Source of the DNA: Amoebidium appalachense
Taxonomy: Eukaryota; Protista; Ichthyosporea
Direction of reading: 5' to 3'
Length of the DNA: 64,000 nucleotides
Assembly (NCBI GenBank): GCA_963693365.1
Contig: CAVNZM010000008.1
Location: 10,128,672 to 10,192,671 of the forward strand
Positions within the stretch are counted from its first letter, which is position 1. Every line of letters starts with the position of its first letter. A program made the position numbers and the translations under genes. Shown here one piece after another: positions 1 to 12,821 of this stretch. The notes beneath the pieces are model-generated. The model was not told the origin of the DNA. It saw nothing but the letters and a program-made list of their open reading frames with translations, and did not search any database.

Positions 1-57
1 TTTTCGATTGCTTTATGGCCGGTCTGATGATGAGAGGCAGCACCCGGCCGCCGTCCC

Positions 58-199
58 CGCGGCGAGGAAAAGACTGTTTGAGAGAAGCGAAAAACACGAC
101 TTTTATAGTCGCTTCTACAGGAAGAGATGTGTGATGCCGATCATCACACCATCTTCTTCCGATTGGTGGATAAAATGAGTATTTACCAAATATATCATT
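58..199. repeat. Terminal direct repeat, copy 1 (142 bp, contains hairpin)
   Basis: About 5 mismatches to 2590-2731; stem-loop ggaagagatgtgtgatg-ccgat-catcacaccatcttcttcc at 120-160. Confidence 0.9.
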
Positions 200-286
200 T
201 TAGACACCAAACTGCTATCTACGTCCACTAAGACACAGCCATCTAACATGAACTATTATACATTTACGCTGGCTGGCTGGGGCCCC

Positions 287-2250
287 TCAGCCTGCCCAGG
301 AACCGGGGGTGCCGTCCAGACTACGAAATGCTTGCATACGCCACGGCCGCACCCCGCGCGGGAAAATCACCTCAGAGGCGCGCAGAGGCACACTTGCCGA
401 AGCCAACCCCTGAATGACGGGCCACCACGACGCCGTATCCCACACTGGAACGACGAGGATGCCCGCTGCACCTTCCCGCTGCAGCTTGGGCACCGTTCGC
501 TTGATCAGCGGGAACGGAGGCGCCCACCAGCTTGGTGCCGTCCACGGCACCGCCAACCCGTCTGCCATCCCACCAGGGGCCCCTGCCTGGGCCCACACAT
601 TAAACTCGGCCTTCACTGCCGAGGTGTGGGTGGCAAACCGATCGACTGAAGTTCGGGCTGCATGCCCAGCAGCCACTCCACCCGCTCAGTGACTGCCTCC
701 GGCGTGACTTGCCATTCATGCCGGGGGTCCACCCGCGACAGCCAATCTGCTCGGTCGTTGAGCTCACCTGGGATGTAGGCCACTGCTCCTGTGGCCAAGG
801 CAACCCGTGGTCGAGGCACAACTTGAACTGCAGAGCTGCCACAGAATGCGCTGCATCGAGGGGCTGCCGCTGCCCTTTTTCCGCATGGCCCCAAGGGCCG
901 CCTGGGCATCGGCTTGCCACTGCACCCGCTGCCCACGGAGGGCTTCCTGCAGGGCAGGGCTCTGATAGGCCTCCAACAGGCCCTCACACTCCGCAATCGC
1001 CGCCGCCCGCGGAGCGTCGTCGGCTGCCCACCTGCCCGCCGCCTCAAGCGCAGGGGCAGGGAATCCCGCCACTTGAAGCACGGCCCCCCAGCCGTGTGTG
1101 GTGGCGGCATCCGTGATGAGTGTAGCCGTGACCGGGTTGCCAGCCATATCTCCGCCCGAGGCAACCGGCCAATGAACTGGGGCGTCCGACAGATAATCCG
1201 TAACTGACGCCCCGAAAGCCGAACGAAACTGCGCCAATTTCCCCTGCGTAGGGCGGCATACACTGGCCGCACCAACGTCAGCACGTGGGGAGTGGCAGCC
1301 CGCAGACTCATGAGTCAGACCACCCCCAACCACCGGGCGACTTGCTTCTTTTCCACCCATTGCTTGCCCTTGCGAGCCTTGGCCACCACCCGCTTGGTCT
1401 CCTCCACCAGCCTCTCCATAGAGGTGGCGGTAGGGCCAACACACCCGCGGCAAGGTCGACATGGATGCCTAGATGGTCGAGATGGTCGGTGGGCTCCCAC
1501 TGGCCCTTCTCCGTATTTCGGCTCAGGCCCGTTGCCTCGAGCTCCCCCTCAACAACACCGCGAGTTTGCAGCGCCTTTAGCGGCCGTTCGACGACCAACC
1601 AGTCGTCCAAGAACGCTAACGTGCGCACACCGCGCCGGTGAAGACGACGACCCAACTCCTTCATGAGCCGCGTGAAGTGGTATGGGCTGAGGGAATAGCC
1701 GAAAGGCAGCACAGTGTACTGATACAGCTGGCCGCCAACCCGAATCTGAAAATATTTACGCCACCGTGGCGCAATTGCCAGCGCAAAGTAGCCGTCCTCC
1801 AGGTCGAAACTGAAGCCGTGCCCGGTCACCTGGCTGAGCAGTGACCTGCAGGTCACTGAGCGTCTCGTACTTGAGGCCCCGCTGTACGGCATACTCATTC
1901 ACTGGGCGCATGTCGATTATCAGCCGCACTTTACCGTTTGGTTTCCGCACCCCAAACGTGGTCAACACGCAATTCTTCCTGGACTCGTCGATGGGTTCAA
2001 GTGCGCCCTTACCCACTAAACGCGCAACTTCCACCAACGCCTCCTCCTCCGAAACTTCGCCCAAGTCTAGGTACCTCCCCATGTCGTGGGGAGGTGGCAG
2101 CCCAGCGCACCATTCGGGTGTGATGCCATACTTAATCCAGAAGAGCCACGTCCTTGGCTGCTCCACCGCGCGCCCACTCATCGTGGCACGCACGCACCCG
2201 TTGATAGAGCGGTGCAGGTGCTACCCCGCCCACTGGCTTACTGGGAGCAC
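287..2250 (-). pseudogene. Frameshifted RT-RNaseH-adenine methyltransferase polyprotein of the DIRS-like element
   Basis: Pieces 1756-2193, 1308-1898, 1315-1500, 764-1462/613-1311 and 287-676 carry consecutive domains in different frames. Confidence 0.8.
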
Positions 2251-2589
2251 ACATAACCGGCCGCCCCTGCACAGACCACTGCTGCCGGGGCCCACACTAG
2301 GACTAGAGAGCAGCACACGTTGCTGCTGTACATGCTCACGCGAGCAGCCCACACGGGCTAACGTTGCCAGACGTGCCTAGGTGCTTATAGCTACACAAAC
2401 AACCCCAAAACACAACCCCACTTGGGTTTTGCAAAAACTCATGAGCGCATCCCGTCTCAATGATCTGCGGTTCCTGGGCCTATTATTACAGCTAAAGTCT
2501 AGGGACCTACACGACTGACAGTATAGCGCTCACTGCGCTCAAGAGCTTTGGTCTTGGTCACTAGACCGGCCTCACTAACGTGCGCTTCT

Positions 2590-2731
2590 CGCGGCGAGAA
2601 AAAGACTGTTTGAGAGAAGCTAAAAACACGACTTTTATAGTCGCTAATACAGGAAGAGATGTGTGATGCCGATCATCACACCATCTTCTTCCGATTGGTG
2701 GATAAAATGAGTATTTACCACATATATCATT
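2590..2731. repeat. Terminal direct repeat, copy 2
   Basis: Same sequence as 58-199 at offset 2532. Confidence 0.9.
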
Positions 2732-2833
2732 ACATATAAACAGCGTAAACCCCCGATTATATATCTGACAGGGTTTACTTTCTCGACGAGACACCATGAA
2801 GACTAAGAAAAATCAACTAGTTGGGGTTCCCCG

Positions 2834-2893
2834 TTTTTTTTTTTTTTTTTTTTTTTTTTTCCGGGCTCCCCTGGGACACTCGGTATCAGCTGG

Positions 2894-2974
<81 letters not shown>

Positions 2975-4345
2975 AGAATTTTGTAATGATGTGTTTCTCA
3001 AGCCAATCAATACATCTAATAAACAGATCGTAGTTTTGCGCGTTTAGTATAAAATCAAGGATGTTGTAATTTTCAGGTAGGCTATCTTTCTGGGTGTCTG
3101 TTGTGAATGTGACGTGTCTGTGTTGCGGTATTATGTGGTCTATCAAACTACATATTTGGCGATACATGGCCGTTTAAACTTTGAACTGGTGTGTGTGTGT
3201 GTGTGTTGTTTGGGCACGCAAACGATGTCACCTTATACATATTAGATCTCCACTGTATAGCATGTGTACAGTAAAAGCGTGGTATGTGATCAATAATACC
3301 ATCAGCTAGAGAAATACCAATTCTATAGGAAGGTAATATGTATTTAGGTGTTACACATTTGCGAGTGCCATAGTATTTGGCAATATGGTTAAGGCGGTCA
3401 TTATATATAAAACGAGACGTAAGGCTTAGTTTTTCAAGGTGTATGCTTTCATCGGGTCTGGTGTCGTGTGGTATCTTTTTCCATTTGTTATATTGCGTAA
3501 TTACCTTGTGATTGTGTACATGTCTAATAAGTAAGTACAGGCAGTCCAAAGTCACACGCACACTTTTGCGGGGTTTATCTGTATTTGTGCCCGGGGGAAA
3601 AGGAGAGAGAGAGGGAAGGAAAGAGGGGAGAGGTGAGGAGGGGGCAGGTCTGATAGAGAAGAGAGGGTGGGAGGGCAAATACTTCTTTAAGCGGCTTATG
3701 TGCTTATTGAATTTCAGTGCGAGATGGGATACTCTAGCAGCTATTGGGACCAGACTCTGCATATATCGAGAGCGTTACAGGCCCAGGTTTACAACAGTTG
3801 TTAAATAGAAAGGAGGCAACTTCTGCTTCAAGGAAATTTGCCAAGGGTTTAAGCGCTCTAGTTCTCTCTTTCTTGATCCAAGCGGCAAGAACTGGGTAAA
3901 CCATATTCACATGGCGTGAAGACAAAAGTGCGAATAAATGTAAGTCTAATAGAAGGATGGAGGGGTGTGTCTTTAAAAATATTAGCCGAGAAGAAAGCTA
4001 GCCGCTTACGAGCCAGCTCTACCCTCTTTTTGACCATATGGGAAAACATAACACCAACATAATTAACCGGAATACCAAGATGTTTGTATTCTGGAACCAT
4101 AGGTACATGTTTCGATGATAACTTGAATGTACTACATGTGTGTAAATTGTTAGCTATATCAGGTACAAGAACACCACATTTGTCTATGTTAAGGATCATA
4201 AGGTTTGCCTTGCACCACTCTGACACTACAGCGAACAATCTTTGCAGGCGTCTATGTGGGGGTACGGACAAGGAGGGACAGATCATCAGCATAGACTCTG
4301 AAGTGCAGGCGGACCCTCATTTTCGGCATAAATCTTGCACGATGA
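2834..4345 (-). mobile_element. 5'-truncated, decayed non-LTR retrotransposon (LINE)
   Basis: Minus strand near 4290 reads VYADDL; ORF 3858-4292 has RT C-terminal motifs (SEWCKANLMILNIDKC..YKHLGI..CEYG); broken C-terminal frames to 2973, then (CA)n, 35 nt and a ~27-nt poly(A) (poly-T at 2834-2860 on +). Confidence 0.8.
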
Positions 4346-5989
4346 CTAATCTAAGATCTCGATTCTCGAAGTGACCGAGTCGGTTCACCGGGTTCTTTGA
4401 AGCGAATCGAATCGAATCGTTTAGGGCCTAGCCAAAATCAGTGACTGCGCATGCATCACTGCTGGTGACTTTTTCTGTCAAACTCCTGTTTTTTTTGGTA
4501 GAGAAAATAAGTTTTGTGCTTTGTGCTATGAGCACTTTGAGTATGTAGCTCCAATAATTTCATATGACAAACCTTAACAAATTCAAAAGTGCACAAACCG
4601 GTTCGCAGTTGTGTGAACCGCCGAGTCCCTTGCTCAGACCAAGTTTCAATTGCAATTCCAATGTAGTTCTACTTTACGTGACGTCACATTTTTTGTAGAG
4701 CTTTGTCTCCCCTAGTTATGTACATAACAAAAAGTCTAAGAACTAAAAAAAACGTCTACATTGGAAGACTATCGTAGATGCTGGGCGATAAGGGCAGCGT
4801 GCACGCATTTTGATTGGCCGATTGCCTGCGTTTACGTCAGCATTTGGGATATTCGGGTTGGTTGTAAGGTTTTCGGGTCGGGCCGAAGGCCCTAACGGGC
4901 CGCAGGCCCGCCTATTGGGCCGCTAGGCCCTTGGCCGCTAGCCCCGGGGCCCCGGGGACCGGGGGGCCCGACCCGGCCCGCGAGCCACCCCCGGCCCGGC
5001 CCGGCGGCCCCGGGGTTAGCAGCGGCAATACAAAATTCTTCCAGACATATGAAACAGAATCAAGCGTCCTAACCAGAGGGGCGAGCCGAGACCGGAGTTT
5101 CGGGACGAGTGGCCGAGTTCTGGGCAGAGGCGAAGCGGAGGCCCAGAACTCGGACACGAGGCCCGAAACGAGGTCGAGGGGAAGCCCCGAGGGTAAGGGG
5201 ACGCGGTTTGTACGCGAGAACTCGCTTAATTCACTGTATTCTTGGTGATTACATTGATAGAAGTAATTAAAAAAACTAAATATGAACATTAAGCATTTTT
5301 ATACAGTGGTTGGCCAGCCTCTTTTCGGGCCGCAATATTATGCGAAAACGTTCAATAACTATGTAGATAGACCGGCTGAGAAATGTTTTTTTTCAAATTC
5401 TGCCTAACCTTATATGGCTCACCGGAACAATTCGAATCTTGTGATTGGTTGCGCCAAAAGTAGGGGCCAAGGTAAGGGCCGCTCAGGCGGTGACAGGGCC
5501 AAATCTCAGACCGACAGCCTCTCAAAAACAGTTAGGCCCCGATTTTACTTAGAAGGTTTGGTTTTTGTCCATAAGAAAAAGTTTAGGAAATAAAAAGGCG
5601 CGCAAAAATGATATAAGCAGTCGGGATGCTCCGACAACGCCTACATCGCTAAAATCATCAAAACCCGTCTTGCATAGCCTCTTACCACCTTGCCTCGAGG
5701 TCGATCGTCTATGATGAAATTATGGTTTTTGCCTGTTTTCGCTACGAAATAGGCGCGGACACCCCATGTTGCTTATACAAGAATTGCTTGTCGCTTTGTT
5801 TATCAAGCTATTTATTAATGGAGCAAAACCCATTTTCTATTTGAATTATTGATTTTAAGCATTATAAGCAGGATTTGGTTTATGACCGCCGATCACTCAG
5901 CCCTTCATTTCGCCAGTTCGGCTGGCTGGATCTCCATAGAGCGAAGCAAACACATTGAGATTCTCAATTTGTAAATCTAAATTGGTCTA

Positions 5990-6056
5990 TACCCCAGAAC
6001 CGGGCTACTAAGGTGAGAAACCCGCACGATTACCCTAGTAGCCCGGTTCTGGGGTA
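5990..6056. repeat. 67-bp hairpin / micro-MITE with perfect 21-bp inverted repeats, TA at both ends
   Basis: taccccagaaccgggctacta ... tagtagcccggttctggggta. Confidence 0.75.
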
Positions 6057-6288
6057 CCTAGCCACTGAAGTTCAACCCGTACCTCGGAATACTGTAACTC
6101 AACCCCCAAGCGTACAAACCCGTTACCAGGCGTTGCCAAAACAGAGTAACATAGTCAGGTTCTCATAAATATTTCTCCTTTCTGTCTGCCTATAACATAA
6201 CCTATTTTAAGTGCTTTCCTTTAATTTATTTTTTTTTTTTAGCAGGATAAGTTCCAGTAAACCTTTGCATTTGGTAGTGCCTGAAAGA

Positions 6289-8183
6289 ATGGCGGATGAC
6301 GGTGAACATTTCACCACCACTGAGGAGAATGGGTGGTGCTCGAGGATGGGTAACTCCATGATAGGGTCACTGATAGGTTTTGTGGTGTTCATCGGCTCCC
6401 TTGTGGCCATTTTCTGGAACGAAGGAAATGCAGTGAACAGGGCGAAGGCGCTTGAAGAGGCGCTCAGTCAGTGTACAGATCAAACATGACGTATAATCCG
6501 GGCCTAGTCGGAAAGTTAGTGCACATCACGTGCGATGTGAACCATGTTGACACACTCGAGGATAAGCAGCTTGGTGTGACCTATGCTGGGCTTTCTCTTG
6601 CGCGTAAGGTAGAAATGTATCAGTGGATTGAGGAGTCGAGCTGTCATACGGAAAAAACTTCAACCGGAGGAGAGAGGAGGGTGTGTGATTATTCTTACAG
6701 GTAAGGTTACTTGCTCTACGTTAAAATGCCTGAGTTACCCTCATCACCGTGGTGTGGGAAAGTTTTAGCAAACAAGTATAACAGGTTTGCATTGCTTTTG
6801 CTCACCGTGAGTAGATAGTACTTACGTTTTGGGTGCGTGCCTGCTGGCAAGAGTGTATGAAACTTGGACTAAAAGATGATGGGTAGATTTAGGGTGAGGG
6901 GTTAAACTTGGATTAGATTAGATGTTGGGGAAGATGCCCGCCGGGAAGGGGAAGGGGGGGGGGGGTTGGGGGGGGATGGCTGACACAGTTGCAACTGGGG
7001 TGAGCTGGGATGCATGTTGGGCACGTTTGGCACCTCTAAACTGCATTTTTGGATTTCCTCACTTCCATCTCACGCACATTTTACGAAAAAGAGAAAAGAT
7101 AAAAAAAAAGAAGAAGAAGAAGAAGAACACAAACATAAGGTCAAACCTCCGCTTAATTATGCCTGATTTGAAGATAGTAACACTGTGTAACATTTCCTTG
7201 CAGGTCTGACTGGGTCGACTACTACATTGACTCCCACTCATTCCAGAGCCCGTCCAAGACCAACCCCCCCTGGCCTCTCAACTCAAAGAAATTCGTATCG
7301 GACAATGTCCAGGTGGGAGACTACGTTCTCCGCACGAAATTAATCGATACCATGTACGCCAGACCTCAGGATCTTCTTCTTACCAATCACTCCAGTTACG
7401 AACCATCGGAGCAGGTACCGCCAACCATCATCACGCCCGACAACACTCAGTTGTGCGGCGATGTGCACTATTACACTGGTGATTGCACCACGCCGGTTGT
7501 GGGCGACATGGGATTATCATACACGGTAACTAACGCGACGATGATAAGCGTCGTTGGGAAAGTTACCACTGATCGCAGTTTCACATCGTGGATATCCTCA
7601 AACAGGCACACTGTGGGGCCTCTCGTAGCCTCCGGTGCCGAAGACAAGGAGAGCATGTTCAATCGTGAACTGCAAGCGCTCATGGCCATAACATGGATCA
7701 TCCGCTTGGGCGGTCTCCTTGCTTGTTGGATTGGCTTGCAGATGCTTGCAGGCCCCCTGGCTGTTCTTCCGGATGTGGTTCCATGTGTCGGCCCATGCCT
7801 TGGAAACATGGTTGGTGGGGTTCTGTGCTGTGCGACATTTGGGATTGCTTTGTGCCTTGGGCTCATGGACATGGCCATAGCTTGGCTTTTCTACCGTCCG
7901 CTCATCGCCGTTCCGCTATTCATCGGATCTGCTGCGGGTCTTTTGTGGTTTTTCTATTTCCGTAGGAGACAGGCAAAGGATCACGAGTCGCAGTACGAAC
8001 CCATCCCCACGGAGCAGTTGTCTGGGAGCTATGCCCAGCAGGGCTCCACGGGTTATTCCGGCCAGTATCCTGGGTCTTACAACTATCCGTACCCCCCTGC
8101 ACAGGGACAGCAGGTGCACAATATCCCCTACCCCGAAAAACCCACTCTACCGGCTGCAACTGAACCCTGCTCCTCCTCCCCCT

Positions 8184-8225
<42 letters not shown>

Positions 8226-8395
8226 ACCACCACCACCACCACCACCACCACCACCACCACCACCACCATTCCTGGTGGTCATTGTGTGTGTGTTTTTTGT
8301 GTTTTTTTGGACAACTTGGCATTGTGTTGTCCGTTGTGAATTTGCCTGTCGCACTCTATATTCCATTCTAACCCAACCCAACCCAATCCAATTCA

Positions 8396-8438
<43 letters not shown>

Positions 8439-8734
8439 TTCCCCACCACCACCCCTCTGCCCACTACCCCCCTGCCCCAGGGCAACTTTACCCTATTCTT
8501 TGTTGGCTCTGCTCCGTGGTCTTATTCTTAATTCTGTTAATTGGTTCTGCTTTACTTTCACATGTTATGCCCTCCTTACATTTAATGGCCCCCCACCCCA
8601 CCTCCCCCTACCCAAACACGCGCGCACACACATAGAGAGAGACACGCATACTTGCACACACACTCACTCATTTACAAACACACATGTGGTTGCCTCTGAT
8701 AAGGGTCTTGTGCAAGTGTCTTGTGCCTGCCGTC

Positions 8735-8768
<34 letters not shown>

Positions 8769-9128
8769 TTCACGCCCTTTTTTTTTTTTGCCTGTGGGTG
8801 TGTATGTGTGTTTTGTCTTCACCTCCTTTTCCGACCCTCAAGGGCATACATCCCCCCCCCCCCCCCCCCCCCCCCCTCCCCCTTTCAAAACAATCACCAC
8901 CACCACCACCACCATATTCTCCCTCTGCTTGTCGCAGTCATTACTGCTACCATCATCTTTCTTCATGTTACGTTTGTAGTCCTTCCCGTTCTTTCACCAT
9001 TTTAACCACCCCCCCCCCCCCCCCCCCCCCCCCAAATCACCACCCCATACTCTTTGTGTGTGCCTTCCAAATCTGTATTGTGTTGTCCGTGATGTGTTTG
9101 TACTTTCTTACTCTGTAATGGATTCTGA

Positions 9129-9159
<31 letters not shown>

Positions 9160-9446
9160 AACAGCCACCCGCATGGGGCCAGCAGTACCACCCCTCCACC
9201 ACCCCCTACCCACCCGCCGATCCCGGGTATGCCATGCCCCAGCCCACGACCCCATATGACCCCACCAGCACTTATGGAAACCCCCCCGCATATGTTCCCT
9301 ACAACTAAAATCCCGCATATCCAAACACCCAGCCGGGATATCCAAGTGGTGGATATGCGCAGCAGTATGGACAGCCGGCGGGTGGGTATAGCCAGCAGCC
9401 TTATGGTGCGGCTGGAAATAATGGCCCGGGCTATCCTGGGCGGTAA
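6289..9446 (+). CDS. TMEM43: TMEM43/DUF1625-family membrane protein; exons 6289-6700, 7204-8113, 9165-9308 (or to 9446); frameshift near 6480, in-frame TAA at 9306
   Basis: IFWNEGNAVNRAKALEE, GKLVHIT, RKVEMYQWIE, DWVDYYIDSHSF, TWIIRLGG, AIAWLFYRPL are family motifs; GT-AG junctions keep frame; Pro/Tyr/Gln-rich tail. The 8113/9165 junction is less certain. Confidence 0.85.
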
Positions 9447-9754
9447 ATTTATTCTTTGCAGGGATGGAAATATTGGCATATGAAGCTCAGGCTAGCCATT
9501 TTTTTTTTTTTTTTACGGAACATCAATTTAGTAAGGGGTTTGAAGTGTGATTTTTTAAACGGGCACGTGGGTGTTTTCTTGTGTATATATAAGGGGTTTC
9601 TTCAAATTTAGCTTGTTAAACTCGCCGACACCACACACAACCATACATACACATACACACACACAAACACACATCACGTGCACGCACACACACACACACA
9701 CGGACACACACACGCACACACGCAAAAACAAACACACACACGGACACACACGCA

Positions 9755-9825
<71 letters not shown>

Positions 9826-10349
9826 CACGACGAGCCTTAACACTGCACCTTCTCACTATCATTGTTTAGCACCTCCCAAGAGTTTGACTGGTAGTATATG
9901 GTATTAACACACTGCTTGCCCTTGCACATGCACAACTATGATACCCGTTACTATAGAATTAACGGTAAATATATGCATTGCCAATGTTTTTCCCCCCTAT
10001 ATGGTCAAAGGTGATTTCTCTTTGTTAAGTCCTTAGGCTTTACATAAGTAGACACATTGGGTATGTATACGCTCACATAATGTTTGTAGAAGTTTGATTT
10101 TGGTAGCGTTTGGCATTATGGGATAGCTATACACATGCACCAACCAATCAACTAAAAATAGTGGGATTCGTAGCCACCGCTGCGATACTCCAAACAAAAA
10201 CTTGAAATTAGAGAGGACTTCCTTCACAAACCGGCTGTGTCTGTTATTTTTTATTCTTTTTTTTTTGCATTCAAGCAAAGAATAACTTTCGACATTCGAA
10301 TAACCTTCTCCCACCCTTCCCCCTGCGTCCCTTCCCCTTGAAAAAGACA

Positions 10350-10385
<36 letters not shown>

Positions 10386-10428
10386 CCCCCCCCCCCCTCT
10401 TCTCACCCCAACACCACAACCACCACCA

Positions 10429-10532
<104 letters not shown>

Positions 10533-10675
10533 TCACAGTACCGTCAGTTTAGTTCTCTATGCACCGGTACAGCATTTCACCCCTTTTCCCTCCCAACCCT
10601 TCTCTTTATGGCACACACACCGTGACGATCACTTCTAAACAACCCACCCCCCGGCTCCCCTTCCCCCCTTTCCCC

Positions 10676-11230
<555 letters not shown>

Positions 11231-11702
11231 GGAGAGAGAGAGAGAGAGGGACGGAGAGCTGAACAGAGAGGTCTGGAGCGCCGTGGGGGATTGGGGGGCT
11301 ACACACGACATTATCAAGCATTTGGATGTTTCTCTGGTAGGGCAGATTAGTGGGGCGTTAAAGAAAAAGAAACGGTGAATCAGGAGCTGTGTACCGCCAG
11401 AACTGCAGCATGAAGAAACACAACGAATTTGTGGAACAGCAGTGTAGTTTATTTATTGGCCTTGTCGGGCTCAACGTGAGGTTCTGTACACTAATTAAAG
11501 TAATTATCACCATGCAGCCAGCTGCAGGTATGATATATCATTCTATAATATGCACACCATCTCATATCAGTATATTACACACGAAGACAACTATGTATAC
11601 GGGGAGTTACCGTGAAATCGGAAGCTAAGTGAAAACAATACACGTCAGAACATTGAATGGTCTGACTTTAAAAGCGGCCTTGCTATTGGTGCATCCATTC
11701 AG

Positions 11703-12506
11703 TTACAAGACCCAGGGGCTGGAGCCGCAGCAGCTGCTCTCGAGGCACTTTGGCACATTCGGGTAGAGGTTGCTGTAGCGCGTGCACTCCTTGCCGGTCT
11801 GCAGATACTTGCCCGACGGGCACGTCACATCGTTGGCCGCCGCCCAGCAGTCACACCGCCAGTCGTAGTTTGTGCCCGTGGGCGTAGGGTACGCAGAGCA
11901 TGCGGGGGTGGGGGTCACGGGGTGGAGTGTGGGGGTGGGCGTGGGGGTCTTTGTGGTGGTGGTGGTTGTCGTCTCCACGAGGGCGCAGCACTGCGCCTTG
12001 CTGCACGGCCCAATGCCGTTCTGCTGCACCTGCGCAGTACCCGTGGTGGTGGGAACATTCTCGAAGCACTCGTAGTCTTCCAGAACGCTCTGCCAGTTGC
12101 TGACACGTGGCCAGCCGCACTGCACGCCCGAGTCCGTCCAGTCGTAGCAGTTGGAGAGCACCTTCACGTATTGCACGCAGCAGTAGTCGCTGCTGCAGGC
12201 ATCGTCATCGCTTCCATTCTCGACACATGATTGGCTGGCCACACCGTTTGCACACTTCACACTGTTGTCTTTGGTCCAGGCCGAGCACGTGGTCTCGACC
12301 TCTGTGGGGGTGCAGCAGTACTCGGTGCCGCACGAGTTTGTGTCGGTGAAGGTGGCGGGGTTGCACATGTGCGTGGTCTGCACGGAGTTGTAGCAGACGG
12401 TGCCCGAGTTGTCCACCCACGTGCTGCACGAGATCAGAGTGCTCTTGGCTGCTGTGTGGGCTGCAAGGGCGGCAAGGGCCGCGGCAATGTGGGTGATGGT
12501 CGCCAT
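11703..12506 (-). CDS. Secreted cysteine-repeat protein, 267 aa, copy A
   Basis: Intronless ORF, strong GC3 bias, signal peptide, four C-x2-W..C..C..C-x4-CC repeats, Thr/Pro linker, upstream TATA and CCAAT. Confidence 0.9.
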   Translation of the reverse strand: MATITHIAAALAALAAHTAAKSTLISCSTWVDNSGTVCYNSVQTTHMCNPATFTDTNSCGTEYCCTPTEVETTCSAWTKDNSVKCANGVASQSCVENGSDDDACSSDYCCVQYVKVLSNCYDWTDSGVQCGWPRVSNWQSVLEDYECFENVPTTTGTAQVQQNGIGPCSKAQCCALVETTTTTTTKTPTPTPTLHPVTPTPACSAYPTPTGTNYDWRCDCWAAANDVTCPSGKYLQTGKECTRYSNLYPNVPKCLESSCCGSSPWVL

Positions 12507-12737
12507 GGTGCCTTGAGTAGAGCGTGCTCAGGCTGGTGGGCGTGTTGAAGGTATTGTTTATTAATTAAGCTTAAGTGATCGTGTTCCTAGTGTTGCATAA
12601 TAAGCGCAGGATCTACGGCGTATTACAGCGTTGCGTAATAAGCGTATCTTTGCTTCTGATGATTCTGAAGTTGTTGCCGATGATTATTGTTTGTACTCGT
12701 AGCGCTGTGGAATGACTGTTCATGGTGGGGCAAGGTC

Positions 12738-12821
12738 GGTTGTTTATATACTCCTTGGTTCTTAGCAGTCAACCAATCACATCTCAGAAACAGATTGTCA
12801 CTTCCTATTGGTTAAATGATC
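12738..12821 (-). promoter_or_regulatory. Promoter of copy A (CCAAT, TATA)
   Basis: Minus strand ccaataggaagtg ... gatgtgattg ... ggagtatataaacaacc, conserved with the copy B promoter. Confidence 0.7.

Larger units (their letters stand above)
58..2731 (-). mobile_element. DIRS-superfamily (tyrosine-recombinase retrotransposon-type) element: RT-RNaseH-MT between 142-bp direct repeats; no gag or YR seen
   Basis: Frameshifted minus-strand ORFs give DIRS-like RT (FDLEDGYF..LPFGYSLSPYHF..FLDDWL), RNase H (LITDAATTHGWGAVL..NDRADWLSR) and Dam-like MT (VDRFA..WWAPPFPLI..ILVVPVW..SWWP). Direct repeats at 58-199 and 2590-2731. Confidence 0.85.

Noticed and set aside
1-95. Hammerhead ribozyme (CTGATGA at 24-30, GAAA downstream)
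   Set aside because: I could not build stems I-III around the core; the motif sits in a simple ggccgg/ccggcc hairpin loop.
9306-9308. Alternative genetic code (TAA/TAG = Gln)
   Set aside because: The BAP31-like paralogs end KKAE-TAA and KKEE-TAG, placing KKxx exactly at the terminus, so both codons are real stops.
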